This document shows positions 1 to 13,327 of a stretch of DNA of 64,000 bases, in pieces. Every line of letters starts with the position of its first letter. Positions within the stretch are counted from its first letter, which is position 1. The notes under the pieces were generated by a model. The model saw nothing but the letters and a program-made list of their open reading frames with translations, had not been told where the DNA came from and did not search any database. Source of the stretch: Octopus sinensis (taxonomy: Eukaryota); NCBI RefSeq assembly GCF_006345805.1, contig NC_043017.1, positions 13,268,001 to 13,332,000 of the forward strand. Reading direction: 5' to 3'. A program made the position numbers and the translations under genes.

Positions 1-149
1 ATACACCATTCTGCTTTAAAAATAACACACTGTTGGATGAATACAGTCATCGAAGAAAAAATTGGGGAGATGAAGCCAGTAATTAGAGTTAGAGAAGATG
101 ATAACATAAGAGTTGCATGTATGGAATGCATTTTGATTGATATGAAAAA
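1..149 (-). CDS. Candidate exon of unidentified gene (runs to window edge)
   Basis: Acceptor CTTAATTTTTTATAG, then an open frame FFISIKMHSIHATLMLSSSLTLITGFISPIFSSMTVFIQQCVIFKAEW. Phase 0 matches the exon at 860-1019. No family recognised. Confidence 0.45.
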
Positions 150-389
150 CTATAAAAAATTAAGAGCAAACTTTGGGCACGATGTAAACCCATTAGGGGT
201 AGAAATAAGATACGACCATTTGCCACATGTAGGGGAATTTGGGTAAGGGTAATGGTCTAGGGCTTAGGGACAGGAGACCCCAGACCCTGGAATAAAAAAA
301 ACTTTGGTCATCTTGTTGTAGTCGGGGGCTCTTTGTTGACGCCTGACACCACTGGGAAGTGGCCCTCGAAGTCGCTGGAAATGGAGTTC

Positions 390-610
390 TCCAGGTACGA
401 ATTCTTGAACGGCTTGATCATATGATGCATATGGATGTAGATAGTTGCATGCAGAAGTGCTAATCACTTAAAGTAAACGAACTTGTAGAAGAGGGAGACC
501 CAGGATGACACTAGGTTGATCTCAAGACACGGAGCCTTGCAAAGGAAATGACTAAGGACCGAGATATCTGGCATCTTGCTGTACTCAATAAGACCCGTCC
601 ACCACAGTAG
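390..610 (+). mobile_element. Degenerate RTE-type LINE 3' end
   Basis: Broken frames give HMDVDSCMQKC..GTCRRGRPR..DLKTRSLAKEMTKDRDIWHLAVLNKTRP, followed by a (GAT)n-tailed repeat. Confidence 0.6.
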
Positions 611-859
611 AATTGATTCCACTACATGTGGCAAATGGTGCCACATAAAAAGCACCTACTACACTCTATGGAGTCTCTGGAGTGGTTGGTGCTTGGAAGG
701 GTGTCAAGCTGTAGAAACCATACCAGAACAGACAAGGGAGCCTGGTGTGACCTCTGGCCTTACCAGTTCTATTCAAACCATCCAACCCATGCCAGCATGG
801 AAACAGACATTAATTGAAGATGATTATCATAATGGTCATGATGATGATGTTATGTTTAC

Positions 860-1019
860 CACATTTTTCAAAATGGTACATGAAAAACTGCATGTTTTCA
901 ATGTAGTTAATGACATTATGTCTTTAATGTCAGAGGCAGCAATGGCATTTCTGACCTTCAAAGGCTGCATTGTTACCAATGTTACATCATGGAATATAAG
1001 AGAATAGTTTTTATAAGTC
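860..1019 (-). CDS. Candidate exon of unidentified gene
   Basis: Acceptor TTTTCTGTCAAG, donor GTAAAC, 160 nt open frame TYKNYSLIFHDVTLVTMQPLKVRNAIAASDIKDIMSLTTLKTCSFSCTILKNV, phase 2 to 0. Confidence 0.5.
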
Positions 1020-1278
1020 CTTGACAGAAAATTATGCAGGTAGGCACTGGTGGATATCATAACATGTGCATGTGTACACTTATAGCAGGTGAGTGAATAG
1101 TTAATCAGTGTAGAAAGGGTGTGGGGTAATGGAAGAGCAAATTCTAGTGAATGATTGGCAATATGACAACAACTATAATCTTTAGACATCCTTCTGCAAA
1201 TAGCATTAAAAATGAGCCAAAAGACCTACAAAGTCCTATTTCTGACAGGTTATGCAACCAAACGGCAACTCCCACATT

Positions 1279-1324
<46 letters not shown>

Positions 1325-1802
1325 GTGTGTGTGTGTGTGTGTGGTGTGTGTGTGTGTGTGTGTGTGTGTGACATGTTAGTTCTAAGAGAAAGAGAGAGAG
1401 AGCAGACCTATAATCAAAGGCATTCCAGCTGTAACCATTCCATCTTTATACTTTACAAGATTCTTTGTGGACTGGAGTAAATTATTTAATGTGTCCGTCA
1501 TGTTGTTGTTAAGATAAAATGTAATTTGAGAAATACCTAACTGCTACGTTTTGCATTTTCAGCAACAATGTAGAGGTCCCATTCTTTGGCTCCTCAACTA
1601 AAATGTAGAAGGCAGTACAAAGAACACAGATATATCAATGGTTGATTCTGTCAATCCATCCAACTCTTGATAGCATGGAAAACAGGTGTTAAAAGATGAT
1701 GATGGCCATGGTGGGAAAGACTTTGATTTGTAGGTCTGCTTGATCAGGACCAAACAAAGATGATGTTGACTTAGCGTGGATGTCAATAGTTTGTATGTTT
1801 AC

Positions 1803-1909
1803 TCATCCAAAAGTTTTTCTTCATCAAAGTCTTTTGTGATAAGTTTTATCTTTAGTCCCATTATTTTATTACACACAATTATGATTAATGAAACGAGGTA
1901 AACCGTGAA
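1803..1909 (-). CDS. Candidate exon of unidentified gene
   Basis: Acceptor GATTTTAAAG, donor GTAAAC, 107 nt FTVYLVSLIIIVCNKIMGLKIKLITKDFDEEKLLD-E. Ends phase 2, matching the next exon. Confidence 0.45.
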
Positions 1910-1935
1910 CTTTAAAATCGTTTTTTTTTTTACTT

Positions 1936-2163
1936 TTAACCCTTTAGTGTTTAAACCGGCCATATCTGGCCCAGATATTCTACATGTTTTATATTCTAAC
2001 TGGCCATATCCAGCCTCTTACACCTAACCTACATTGACATTCTAAAAATAGACAATCACATCATTGAAACCTCAAAGATATAACATAATGCATGATTAAT
2101 TCAAAACAATTTGAGTGAAAAAGTATTACATTTAACAGAGTAATCTGAACACTAAAGGGTTAA
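1936..2163. mobile_element. piggyBac-type MITE (about 220 bp family)
   Basis: TTAA-CCCTTTAG...CTAAAGGG-TTAA termini. Homologous copies at 5740, 9695, 24376 and 31189. Confidence 0.8.
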
Positions 2164-3206
2164 ACTCTTCATGTGACAGTTTATTTAATTCCCAGGGGGC
2201 CAGGTGTGTGGATGTAAGGCACAAATAAAGGTTGCTCTTAATTTGAGATGCAATTGGCAACAATAAATCCAAATTTCACAAGAACCAGCAAAACTCAACA
2301 GTCATACCTTCATGTGCACCCTACCCAAGCTTCTGGCCAGAAAAGGACAACTCCCCTAAAATGATCCCCAAAACACATTTGTTGCACTGGACGCCCTGGC
2401 AAAGAAAGAGACTGCTTTGAATAGTTCACTTCTTGATGTTACATTTAACATACGGCTTTACCAAGCCAATTTATGTCTTTGCCACTTGACCCTCCTAACC
2501 CCTTCTAGGCCAAGAAAACTTCGAATTGAGATGACAGATTAACCCCCAAAGAAATCTATTGTTCTCTGCAACATTCTTTCTTTCTTTCTTTCTTTTACTT
2601 GTTTCAGTCATTTGACTGCGGCCATGCTGGAGCACCGCCTTTAGTCGAGCAAATCAACCCCGGGACTTATTCTTTTTAAGCCCAGTACTTATTCTATCGG
2701 TCTCTTTTCCCGAACCGCTAACTGACGGGGAAGAGTACAGCAGGGATCACCACCATCCCCTGCCGGAGCCTCGTGGAGCTTTTAGGTGTTTTCGCTCAAT
2801 AAACACTCACAACGCCCGGTCTGGGAATCGAAACCGCGATCCTATGACCGCGAGTTCGCTGCCCTAACCACTGGGCCATTGCGCCTCCATACCTATTTTT
2901 CTAGCTAGTTTTGTATAGTTATAAATACTAGAACTCCATAAGCCAAAGCCAGTTAGTGATAACACACTAACAGGGAAGCTGGCTGACTGGCTGAACGAAA
3001 TGCTGTCTCTGAATGAAACGGTCCACAGGGACAACTGTGGTAACTCAGCAACAAAGCAGTTGTTTCATCCCACCACTCTCACTGTCACTAGCTCTCTTTT
3101 TCTACTCTATAACATCACTCTATCTATCATTTTCCCTACTGCTAGAATGACGAGAACACAACACAGCTATACAAAGAACATCTACGATATCTCTCTTTAT
3201 GAATTA

Positions 3207-3604
3207 CTAGCAGTATCGCCCGGCGTTGCTTGGGTTTGTAAGGGAAATAACTATATAAACATTTTTAGAGAGTTATAGCCAAAAAATAGCAAAAAAATGC
3301 ACTAAAAATGGAAAAAAAAATGATGGTAAATTTTTTTTAAATCGTTGACTCATCGTAGACATTTTTAGAAAGTTACTTCCCTTATATAATAGCGAAAAAA
3401 TGCATTAAAATGGAAAAAAATGATGGTGAATTTTTTTTTAAATCGTAGACTCATCGTAGACGCGCGCTAATACCCAGAAGGGCTCGATATGAATCACAAC
3501 TATAAGATACCCGGTTTTGGTTAAACTGCACCGCAAAATGTGGGAGTAGTTAGGAATCTAAATCGTAGGAGACAGACACACAACTTCACTTTTATATATA
3601 AAGA
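3207..3604 (-). mobile_element. Non-autonomous Helitron
   Basis: On the minus strand A|TC...GCAACGCCGGGCGATACTG-CTAG|T: TC start, 3' hairpin, CTAG end, A/T target. Confidence 0.75.
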
Positions 3605-3789
3605 TATTATACCAGCCCATCATAGTTTGGCTATAACAATATGTAACAGAAAATAAACGTTTGTTTGCAACTTCAATCACTGTTCTTCTTTTGTCCTCAT
3701 AAACATCATCCACATAACAAAATCATCACATTTACTGTTACATGCATGCATACATACATACATACATACATACATACATACATACATAC

Positions 3790-3845
<56 letters not shown>

Positions 3846-5121
3846 CAAATTACCACAAAGTGTAAGGATGCAGAAAAGCATCAACCTGCTAGAAATAAGA
3901 GCTAAAGTCTTAATTAAACCCCTGTAAAGCACCAAGATAACAGAGAAATACCAGTAGGCAAGGTAAAGGAAAGAATTAATAAATCCAATAGCACAACTAT
4001 GAAAGATTATGCAGTTTAGGACATCTGAATACCCAGGTTCCAGCTTTTGGAAATTTAATCCTTGAGCCTCTTCATTAATTGTTTGCTCTTTTCAGCATGC
4101 CACCATAACAAAGACAGAGAGGTAAGAGAAAGAAACAGAGACAGAAAACAAGTTACTATAGGAGAAGTTGAAAGATGGATAGTAGGTGAGAGATAGACGC
4201 TGATGTTTCATACCTTATGTATGTTCTGTAGTTGAAAGTAAAAGACAACCAGTACAAAATTGATACTGTATGTTTTATAGGTGAAGGTGAAAGAAAGCCA
4301 GCACAAAGAGAGGGATAAAAGCAGGAGAGAAGACGACGCTGAGAACCTCAGAAATGAGGTTGTGTCATAATTTTAAGGTCATTTTCACTTTCGTCTTATG
4401 CTTCACACGTGCATAGAATTAGGAATTATCTTTCTCTCTCAATTTCTTATTATAATGTATGGAAACCTTATACTGTCAGCATATTACAACTTCACTACAT
4501 TTCCTTCTTTTGGAATTAGAAAGGTATGCAAAATTAACTTCCTTTGGCACACACATGCACAGTTAGAGTTCCGTATGAATTATGCTATTTTTTGCTGTGT
4601 GTTAAATTACAGCTAAAATCCTATGGAAATTACTTTTTCCTATTCTGTCATTCCTGTTTGTGATAAGTGTATTTCAAAACATGATCAGGGCTAATGCAGT
4701 TTCACACCTCTGCTTGAAAAACTGTATTAGCCCCACCTGATCTTCCATTTAAACTTACAAAGAAGTTATCTCAGAAATCCTGTCCTTTACCTGTTGTTTC
4801 TAGCATATCCAAGATGACATTTGCATACCCCCTTATTTCTTTCCTCAATTTACTCACATTCCTATGTTTCCCATACAGAAGATTTGCATTTCGCCCCAAA
4901 GCAGGTAGCTGTTGGGTGACTGAGACCCTTCCCTGAAAATTGCAGACTTGTGCTAAAATTAGAAAGAATTAGTCTAACTGGCTCATCAAATTCTTCAGTC
5001 TCCAGGACAGAACCATTCCCTCTGATCCACTTTAAGCTGTGTCATTTTTGACTCTACTGAATGAAGCTCGTCTTTACCTGAGATCTCAAGTCGGCTCGTT
5101 AATACTGTTCATTGCAAAGAA

Positions 5122-5504
5122 TGGAGGCACAATGGCCCAGTGGTTAGGGCAGCGGACGCGCGGTCGTAGGATCGCGGTTTCGATTCCCAGACCGGGCGTT
5201 GTGAGTGTTTATTGAGCGAAAACACCTAAAGCTCCACGAGGCTCCGGCAGAGGATGGTGGTGATCCCTGCTGTACTCTTTCACCACAACTTTCTCTCACT
5301 CTTACTTCCTGTTTCTGTTGTACCTGTATTTCAAAGGGCCGGCCTTGTCACTCTCTGTGTCACGCTGAATATCCCTGAGAACTACGGTAAGGGTACACGT
5401 GTCTGTGGAGTGCTCAGCCACTTTCACGTTAATATCACGAGCAGGCTGTTCCGTTGATTCGGATCAACCGGAACCCTCGTCGTCGTAACCGACGGAGTGC
5501 TTCC
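5122..5504 (+). mobile_element. tRNA-derived SINE, group A
   Basis: Head GGAGGCACAATGGCCCAGTGGTTAGG...GGTTTCGATTCC with Pol III A/B boxes. Flanking ATTGCAAAGA/ATAGCAAAGA is TSD-like. Confidence 0.85.
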
Positions 5505-5739
5505 TCCTCCATAGCAAAGAGATCAATGTGTATGTATACAAATGGAAGACAATATACTCGACTTATATAGTTGAATTGATTTATTCATTCAAATTTTTAT
5601 GATTATAAATGCATAGATGCAGAAAACAGAGTAGTGATGGAGTAAATCACCAGCTTCTGATGAAGGAACAAATACACATCACTCTCACACACACACATAT
5701 CGCTAGATATATCCACTCATATGGAGTAAATTAGCAAGC

Positions 5740-5967
5740 TTAACCCTTTAGCGTTCAGATTAATTTGGCAAAAATAATCCTTATTTATTCACATTTAAAA
5801 AAATTTATCTGATATTATTTTGTAGTTTAAAGATAGGAAAGATGTAATTGCTTATTTTTAGAATGACATTGCAGGGTAGGTGTGAGATGCTGGTTCTGGC
5901 CAGTTTGAGCCTAAAATGTGTAGAATATTCGGGCCGGATACAGCCGGTTTAAACACTAAAGGGTTAA
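5740..5967. mobile_element. piggyBac-type MITE
   Basis: TTAA TSD with CCCTTTAG/CTAAAGGG TIRs. Confidence 0.8.
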
Positions 5968-6100
5968 TATTCTAATAGTGAGTTTTTCATTTACTGAGAC
6001 AAACTTAGGACAGATTTTTTTATAGATAAAAGGGGAAAATATCAATGATTTGATAAAAGATTTCAATAAAAAGATGCAATATCAAAATTAGGGCCAATTA

Positions 6101-6133
<33 letters not shown>

Positions 6134-6750
6134 TGTGTACAGTGCTCAGGTGCACTACAACTCATCTAAAGTGTATATATAATCAGGTGTAGTTTCGGCG
6201 GATTTCGGAAAGCATGAGGGCCTTAAAAGATGCAGTGTCATGGCAGTCAACAACTAAGCTAATGACATGAAATAATAATAATAATTTCAAATTTTGGTAT
6301 AAGGCCCACATTTTCAGTGGGGGAGGGGGTTTAAATCGATTACCTTGACCGCAGTATTTTACTGCCACTTATTTTATTGACCCTGAAAAGACGAAAGGTA
6401 AAGTCAACCTCAGCAGCATTTGAACTCAGAATGTAAAGACAGATTAAATGCTGCTAAGCATTTAGCCAGGCATACTAACAATTTTGCCAACTTATTGCCT
6501 TCATAATGATAATGATAAAAATAACAATAAAAAAAAATGGTTTCAAATTTTGGCACAAAGCCTGCAATTGTTGGAGAGTGGGTAAATGAATTACATCGCC
6601 TCCTGTGCTCAATTGGTACTTATTTTATCAACCTTGAAAGGATGAAAGGCAAAGTCAACCTTGGAGAGATCTGAACTCAGAATGTGAAGACAGACGAAAT
6701 GCTGCTAAGCATTTTGCCTGGTGTGCTTGCAAGTCTGCCAGCTCACTGCC

Positions 6751-6785
<35 letters not shown>

Positions 6786-7910
6786 CCTTTCTACTAAAGG
6801 CACAAAGCCTGAAATTTTGTGGAAAAGGACTAGTAGATTTCGTCTGTCTTTATGGTCTGAGTGCAAATTCCACACTGACTTTGTCTTTCATCCTTTAGAG
6901 GTTGATAAAATAAGTACCAGCTGAGCACTGGGGTCGATGTAATCAACTTAGCCCCCTTCCCTGAAATTGTTAGTCTGTGCGGGTGGCACGTAAAAATCAC
7001 CCACTACACTCATGGAGTGGTTGGCGTTAGGAAGGGCATCCAGCCGTAGAAACACTGCCAGATCTGACTGGGCCTGATGAAGCCTTCTGGCTTCACAGAC
7101 CCCAGTTGAACTGTCCAACCCATGCTAGCATGGAAAACGGACGCTAAACGATGATGATGATGATGATGTGTCAAAAGTTTGAAATCAACATTTATAGGTT
7201 TTATATACTTTGAGTTCCGTTGTTAAAAATAAATTATTTCACATCTCACAAAGTTTCTAAATTCTAATTACATAAATAATATATTTTCTATTATGATTAT
7301 ATCTGTGTGTATACTTGGAAAAACCAACATAAAATAGATGGATGAAAATAGAGAAGTATAAAGACAGGCAAACAATAACAGGTGTTAGGAATCTATTTAT
7401 TGAAAAAGTCATCTTACACCTGTTATTATTTATCAGTCTTTCTACCTTCGTACCTGCCTGATTTTTATTGTTCTTTTAGCTGACATTTCTGTCTCCAGAC
7501 TACCTAACCTTGAACAAGAAGTTAGAGTTTAACCCATTAGCATTCAGATTCCTCTGTCAAGTGTAATGCTTATTCATACACTTTGCTTTGTATTAATCAT
7601 AGGTTATCTCACAGCTTTGAAATTTTGATGATGTATTTGTTCATATTTAGAAAGACATTGTAAAGTAGATGTGAAATGCCAGATCTAGCCAGTTAGCACA
7701 TTAAACAGTTAGAATGTCTGCACCAGATGTGGTTAGTTTAAGTGCTTTAGAAGTTAAGGTTCTGCTCTTTCTCAGCACTACTTGGTGACTATCTGTACCG
7801 TGCTTAAACAACAAGTGTAATGAGTATTTGAAGAAACTTACAAGCTAATTGGTACTTTAAAATCATCTCATCAATTCACAGTAAATTAATCATCTAGATT
7901 GCTTGATTAT

Positions 7911-8170
7911 CAAGCTATCATCATTATTGTTCGACCGTGGTCGAGACAATGGAATTTACCATGCTACGCCAGACTTCACGGTCCATCATGGCATTACGGA
8001 GGTCCTGTTGCTGGATGCCTGTATCCCTGGAGATTACATCAGGGTAGGAGAGTGTGCGCCCTCTGGTATTGCGTGTAGATGGCTTCCAGAGGAGAAGAGT
8101 AGAAATTACTTCTTTTTCAGCTCTACAACAATGTCCAGCAAACTGGACTCTCCTACCTTTCACAAGCTAT
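7911..8170 (-). mobile_element. 5'-truncated RTE-type LINE with TSD
   Basis: Open frame KGRRVQFAGHCCRA...RGRTLSYPDVISRDTG...MMDREVWRSMV (RT C-terminus). CAAGCTAT repeated at 7911 and 8163. Confidence 0.75.
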
Positions 8171-8247
8171 GATGACTGAACTGTTTTGGTTTTCCAAACA
8201 TTTAGCTATATGATGATGAACAAATATTCAGAAAAAGGGGACCCAAC

Positions 8248-8343
8248 CCTTTCAACAGCAATCTTCATAAAATCACCACCCCAATCAAAGTGCTTCAATT
8301 TTAAATTTAAATCCAAAATCTTGGTATAAAGATTGTCATTATT
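8248..8343 (-). CDS. Candidate upstream exon of the same unidentified gene
   Basis: Acceptor TCTCTTTCATAG, 96 nt NNDNLYTKILDLNLKLKHFDWGGDFMKIAVER, weak donor GTTGGG, phase 0/0. Confidence 0.3.
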
Positions 8344-8943
8344 CTATGAAAGAGATTAGGTTTCAATATCAGTTTTTTTCTTCTTATAATGAAAGTTAGA
8401 GTTATTTGACCAAAACCCTCTGGTAATTTTGGATTATTCTAAAAATTATAAAAATCAACGAGTAAAATATTTTTAGGAATATGGCTTAAAAATAATATAC
8501 ACATGGAAATAGGTGCAGCCATGGCCGTGTAGTTAAGAAGATTGCCTTGCAACCATATGGTCTCAGGTTCAGTCTCACTATGTAGCACCTTGGGTGTTTT
8601 TTGTTATAGTCCCATGTTGACCAAAGCCTTGTGAGTGGATCTGGTAAAAAGAAACTGAAAGAATCCTGTTGTGTAGGTATGTGTGTGTACCTTTGTCTAG
8701 GCAATTATTATACAAGTGAGGTTATAATTTCCAATCATGTCTGGCTATGAGACAGTATTACCTTGCTTGGAGACAGGTGAGAGTTAGTGATAGGAATGGT
8801 ATCCTACCATTCCTATATTTGCCTGACTCGTGCAAACATGGAAAAGTGGACATTAAATGATGAAAATATTTTCTATTTGTCAAGCTGTCTTTATTTGTTA
8901 AAGCTACTTACTTTAATAAAAGATAAGTAATCTTTGAAACAAA

Positions 8944-9573
8944 TACCAAAGATTGTCTAAGGCAGTGGTTCTGAACCAGGATCCATATGACTCCTGGGAG
9001 TCCATATAAGATTTTTAGGGGTCCACACAAGGAAAATAGTAAATTAGGTCCACAAGATTATTTTATGGGTACCAAAGATTGTCTAAGGCAGTGGTTCTGA
9101 ACCAGGATCCATATGACTCCTGGGAGTCCATATAAGATTTTTAGGGGTCCACACAAGGAAAATAGTAAATTAGGTCCACAAGATTATTTTATGGGTACCA
9201 AAGATTGTCTAAGGCAGTGGTTCTGAACCAGGATCCATATGACTCCTGAGGGTCCATATAAGATTTTTAGGGGTCCACACAAGGAAAATAGTAAATTAGG
9301 TCCACAAGATTATTTTATGGGTACCAAAGATTGTCTAAGGCAGTGGTTCTGAACCAGGATCCATATGACTCCTGAGAGTCCATATAAGATTTTTAGGGGT
9401 CCACACAAGGAAAATAGTAAATTAGGTCCACAAGATTATTTTATGGGTACCAAAGATTGTCTAAGGCAGTGGTTCTGAACCAGGATCCATATGATTCCTG
9501 GGGGTCCATATAAGATTTTTAGGGGTCCACACAAGAAAAATAGTAAATTAGGTCCACAAGATTATTTTATGGG
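8944..9573. repeat. Tandem array, 5 x 126 bp
   Basis: GGCAGTGG recurs at 8961, 9087, 9213, 9339 and 9465. Units are nearly identical. Confidence 0.97.
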
Positions 9574-9995
9574 TTCATGAGAAAATTTTTGCTTGAGATG
9601 TATTTATTGCAAGAATAATCTAGGTTTCTTTCTGTTAAATGTGTGAAAAAATACAAAATAGGAATTTTGAAAGAAGTATCAATGAAATTAGTTTTTAACC
9701 CTTTAGTGTTCAGATTATTCTATCAAACATAATGCTTATTGATTCCCATTGATTTGAATTAATCATGCATTATCTCATATCTTCAAGATCTTGATGGTGT
9801 AATTACTTAATGTAGAATAACATTGTAGGGTAGGTGTGAGAGCCTGGATCTGGTCAGTTTGAACATAAAACAGATTAACTATTTTGGCCGGATATGGCCG
9901 GTTTAAATATTGAATGGCTATAGGGATCCACACGAATAAAATTGGAATGAAAGAGGTCCACAGATAGAAAATGGCTAAGAACCACTCGTCTAAGG
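8955..9995. mobile_element. hAT-type MITE with amplified left end and nested piggyBac MITE
   Basis: 8-bp TSD GTCTAAGG (8955-8962 and 9988-9995) flanking TIRs CAGTGGTTCT / AGAACCACTC. Confidence 0.8.
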
Positions 9996-10699
9996 CTAAA
10001 AGAAAGATGACCGGTCAAAAGTAAAACATTAAAATATTCTAATTAATAAAAATTAATGAATCAAGTGTCTTCTACTATAGCCTCGGGCCGACCAAAGCCT
10101 TGTGAGTGGATTTGGTAGACGGAAACTGAAAGAAGCCCGTCGTATATATGTATATATATATGCGTGTGTGTGTTTGTGTGTCTGTATTTGTCCCCCTAGC
10201 ATTGCTTGACAACCGATGCTGGTGTGTTTATGTCCCTGTCACTTAGCGGTTCGGCAAAAGAGACCGATAGAATAAGTACTGGGCTTACAAAAGAATAAGT
10301 CCCGGGGTTGAGTTGCTCGACTAAAAGGCGGTGCTCCAGCATGGCCGCAGTCAAATGACTGAAACAAGTAAAAGAGTAAAAGAGAAAAAGAGTATTCTCC
10401 CACCTCAACTATAAAGTAATTGATTGGTGATATCGAGGAGTTTAAAAGGAAAAAAAAATTCAATAGAAAATGAAGGGGGAGGACACATCCTGGATCAGAG
10501 ATATTTTGGTACTACCTATTTGGCATTACTGATTCAATGCTGACTTGATATCAGACGTTTTAATGTTTTTCTTATTCTCTTACTCTCTCTCTTTTTTAAT
10601 GAGTGAGGATCTAGTTTAGGGTTGTATGAATGTGTAATCTTTCTCTTGTTCTCTCACTTCCTCTGTGTGTATTTGTGTGTACCCCCAGCACCAGAAAGT

Positions 10700-10980
10700 T
10701 TTTTGTTTGTTCCTTCTCGAGCCATGCCTGGCTCATTGGGGCTGGTTTCCTTGGTGTATAGGTTCCCCACCTGGACAGGACGCCGGTCCATTGTAGGTAA
10801 GAGTGAGAGAAAGTTGTGGCGAAAGAGTCAGCAGAAGTTTGCCATTACCTTCTGCCGGAGCCGCGTGGAGCTTAGTTAGGTGTTTCGCTCATAAACATAC
10901 ACATCGCCCGGTCTGAGATTCGAACCCGCGATCCCTCGACCGCGAGTCCGCTGCTCTAACCACTAGGCCATGTGCTTCCA
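10700..10980 (-). mobile_element. SINE with group-A-like head and a different 3' tail
   Basis: 14-bp TSD CAGCACCAGAAAGT. Similar tail at about 28010-28295. Confidence 0.8.
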
Positions 10981-12061
10981 CAGCACCAGAAAGTACTGTC
11001 ACCAAAACAGTGAGACATGCCAAATCTTCAGCTGTCTAAACAGCTGCACCTAATAATCTCATTCCATGCTCTATCAGAAGTTAAAGAAACTCATATTTCT
11101 TACAAATGGAATTTTTTTTAAACATTTTTATTATTAATAGTTTCAAATATTCAAAATGTCTTTCTACAAAAAACAAAAAAAAATTAATGAAAGAATTGGT
11201 AAAAATAAAATTTTTTTCATCAATTTTTATCAAATATTGAAGCACATTAAACATAAAAAGAAAATTAAATAAAATAAATTCAAATAGAGAAATATAATTA
11301 TTTACAATAAAACTTAAAAAAAAAACATTGTTATCATTTTTACTTTATCTGGAGATTCAATTAGGAAGAAAAACATTTTTTTTCTTATTTTCTTGGCTTT
11401 GTAACATATGTTTAAAGGGAAGAAAGGTAGCACCCATCAAGTTTTGCAGGGCTTCTGAGGGTTGCAGGCAGGAAAGGAAAGAAGGAATAATCACAATGGT
11501 TGGGTTAATCCTGAGATGTGATCCAGATGATTGTATCAAAACCATTTAAGACCTTCAAGAACTGGGTTAGTGGTGTTAAATGGGGGCAGTGGATTAAGTC
11601 TACTATGCAATCAAAGATTAATATAATAGAAAAAAAATTTTCTTTTTATTCCTCTCAAAATCGATATTTATATATTTATACACACGATATTTACATATTA
11701 GGTGCTGGTGTGGCTGTGTGGCGAAGTTTGGTTTCAAACCACATAGTTTCGGGTTCAGTCCCACTGTGTGGTACTTTGGGCAAGTTATCCTCTATAGCTC
11801 CAGACTATGTGATTAGATTTGATAGATGGAAACTGAGAGAAGATCATCGGACATATGTGTGTGTTACACTTGCCAAAGGTGCCAAGTAAGTGTATAGTAG
11901 AAGACAACTTGTGTGGAACCTTGGGCAACTGTCTTCTACAATAGTCTCGGGCTGACCAAAGCCTTGTGAGTGAATTTGGGAGGCAGAAGTCCTATCATGT
12001 GTATATGTATGTGTGTGAATGTGCTTGCACTTCCTTTGATAGACAGGAGGGAATGTGTGCA

Positions 12062-12105
<44 letters not shown>

Positions 12106-12936
12106 TGTATATTTGTGTCTCCTTGTCTTGGCATGTCTGGCAAAGGGAAAATATAATCTTGCTTGGAAGCAGACGAGGACTGGCAACAAGAAAGGCATCC
12201 AGCTATAGAAAATCTGCCTCAATAAACTCTGAGCCATGCAAACATGCAAATGTGGATGTCAAGATGATGACAATAACACATTGCCAAATGAAGCGAAGCT
12301 TTGAATTCTCTTAAAACAGTACAGCTGCCAGCTATCATCATCCATGAGTGAGCATAGCTTTGTAATATATAGTATGTTTTTGTTAATTGTTTTAAGTCCC
12401 TATGTAGTCAGGAGTAGCAGACATGGACTTTTCTGTCCATCGACTAAGTAGAACCTTGAGGATGTGACAGCTGGAGGTATGAGGGCATCAGTACCCAGGT
12501 GGTACTCATGACAGCTGAGTAGACTAGGGCAACACGAAATGAAGTACATTACTCAAGAACACACAACACAATGCCTGGTCCAGGAAATGAACCCATGACG
12601 TTATGATAGTGAACTGAACCATCTAACCATTAGGCTACAGATTTTATAAATGTAAAAACAAGAATGAATTAAAAACAAAAATCAATCAATAAATAAACAT
12701 AAATAAATATGGAATGCATTTGTTGTAAACTAACTCATCATCAACAGTGTTGAAAATATATTTCAACATTTCTTTCAATCAATCAAATTTCAAATAAATC
12801 GAACTTTCAAAAAAATAAGAGAAAACTTGCGCTTGCAAACCGTCACTAAGCATAATTAAAATTACAGTAATTATTGTTTCAAATTATATAATCCCCACTG
12901 TTTAAAAAACAAAACTGTATCAACCTGACTATCAAA

Positions 12937-13327
12937 TCTATATATGTAAAGCTGAAGTTGTCTGTGTATGGCAGGTTTGGTAGCCTTCAACTAACACTAT
13001 CCCCTCCGAGACCCTGCGGCACAAGTTGACCAAAATTGAGAGTATGATAGAAGAAGGCTTGCTCTTCATTCCGTAGAAGATAAAATTCAAATCGGACCAT
13101 GTTAACACCAAAAATTATCTACATCAAAAAGGTGCTTTTTTTTCTATGAAAATCCTTATTTTTTACAATTTTTTTACTGCTGTGTTGCCATTTTTTGGAG
13201 TATTTCAACCAGAAAAATGTTCACTTAAAGAGAATAACAAGCTACATAATGCAAAATTTTTACTTTTCAAAAATTCCAATTCTAAAGAGTCGAAACAAAC
13301 CCGAGCAATGCTGGGCGATACTGCTAG
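12937..13327 (+). mobile_element. Non-autonomous Helitron
   Basis: A|TCTATATAT...CCCGAGCAATGCTGGGCGATACTGCTAG|T. Confidence 0.7.

Noticed and set aside
37-246. Plus-strand ORFs 37-246 and 576-1007 as genes
   Set aside because: Splice signals and phase continuity fit the minus strand. These are mirror frames or run through repeats.
4281-4370. Plus-strand exon-like stretch VKVKESQHKERDKSRREDD...
   Set aside because: Isolated purine-rich segment with an early stop and no compatible partner exons.
5122-5195. tRNA-like sequences at SINE heads
   Set aside because: They have A/B boxes but continue into SINE bodies with TSDs and give no complete cloverleaf.
5254-5457. Recurrent ORF MVVIPAVLFHHNFLS... 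(five copies) and MSSNARG.../MRNWYLI.../MLAWVGRF... ORFs
   Set aside because: Chance frames inside SINE groups A-D, not a gene family.
8944-9573. CRISPR-like regular array
   Set aside because: Whole units are repeated with no unique spacers, there are no cas genes, and the context is eukaryotic.
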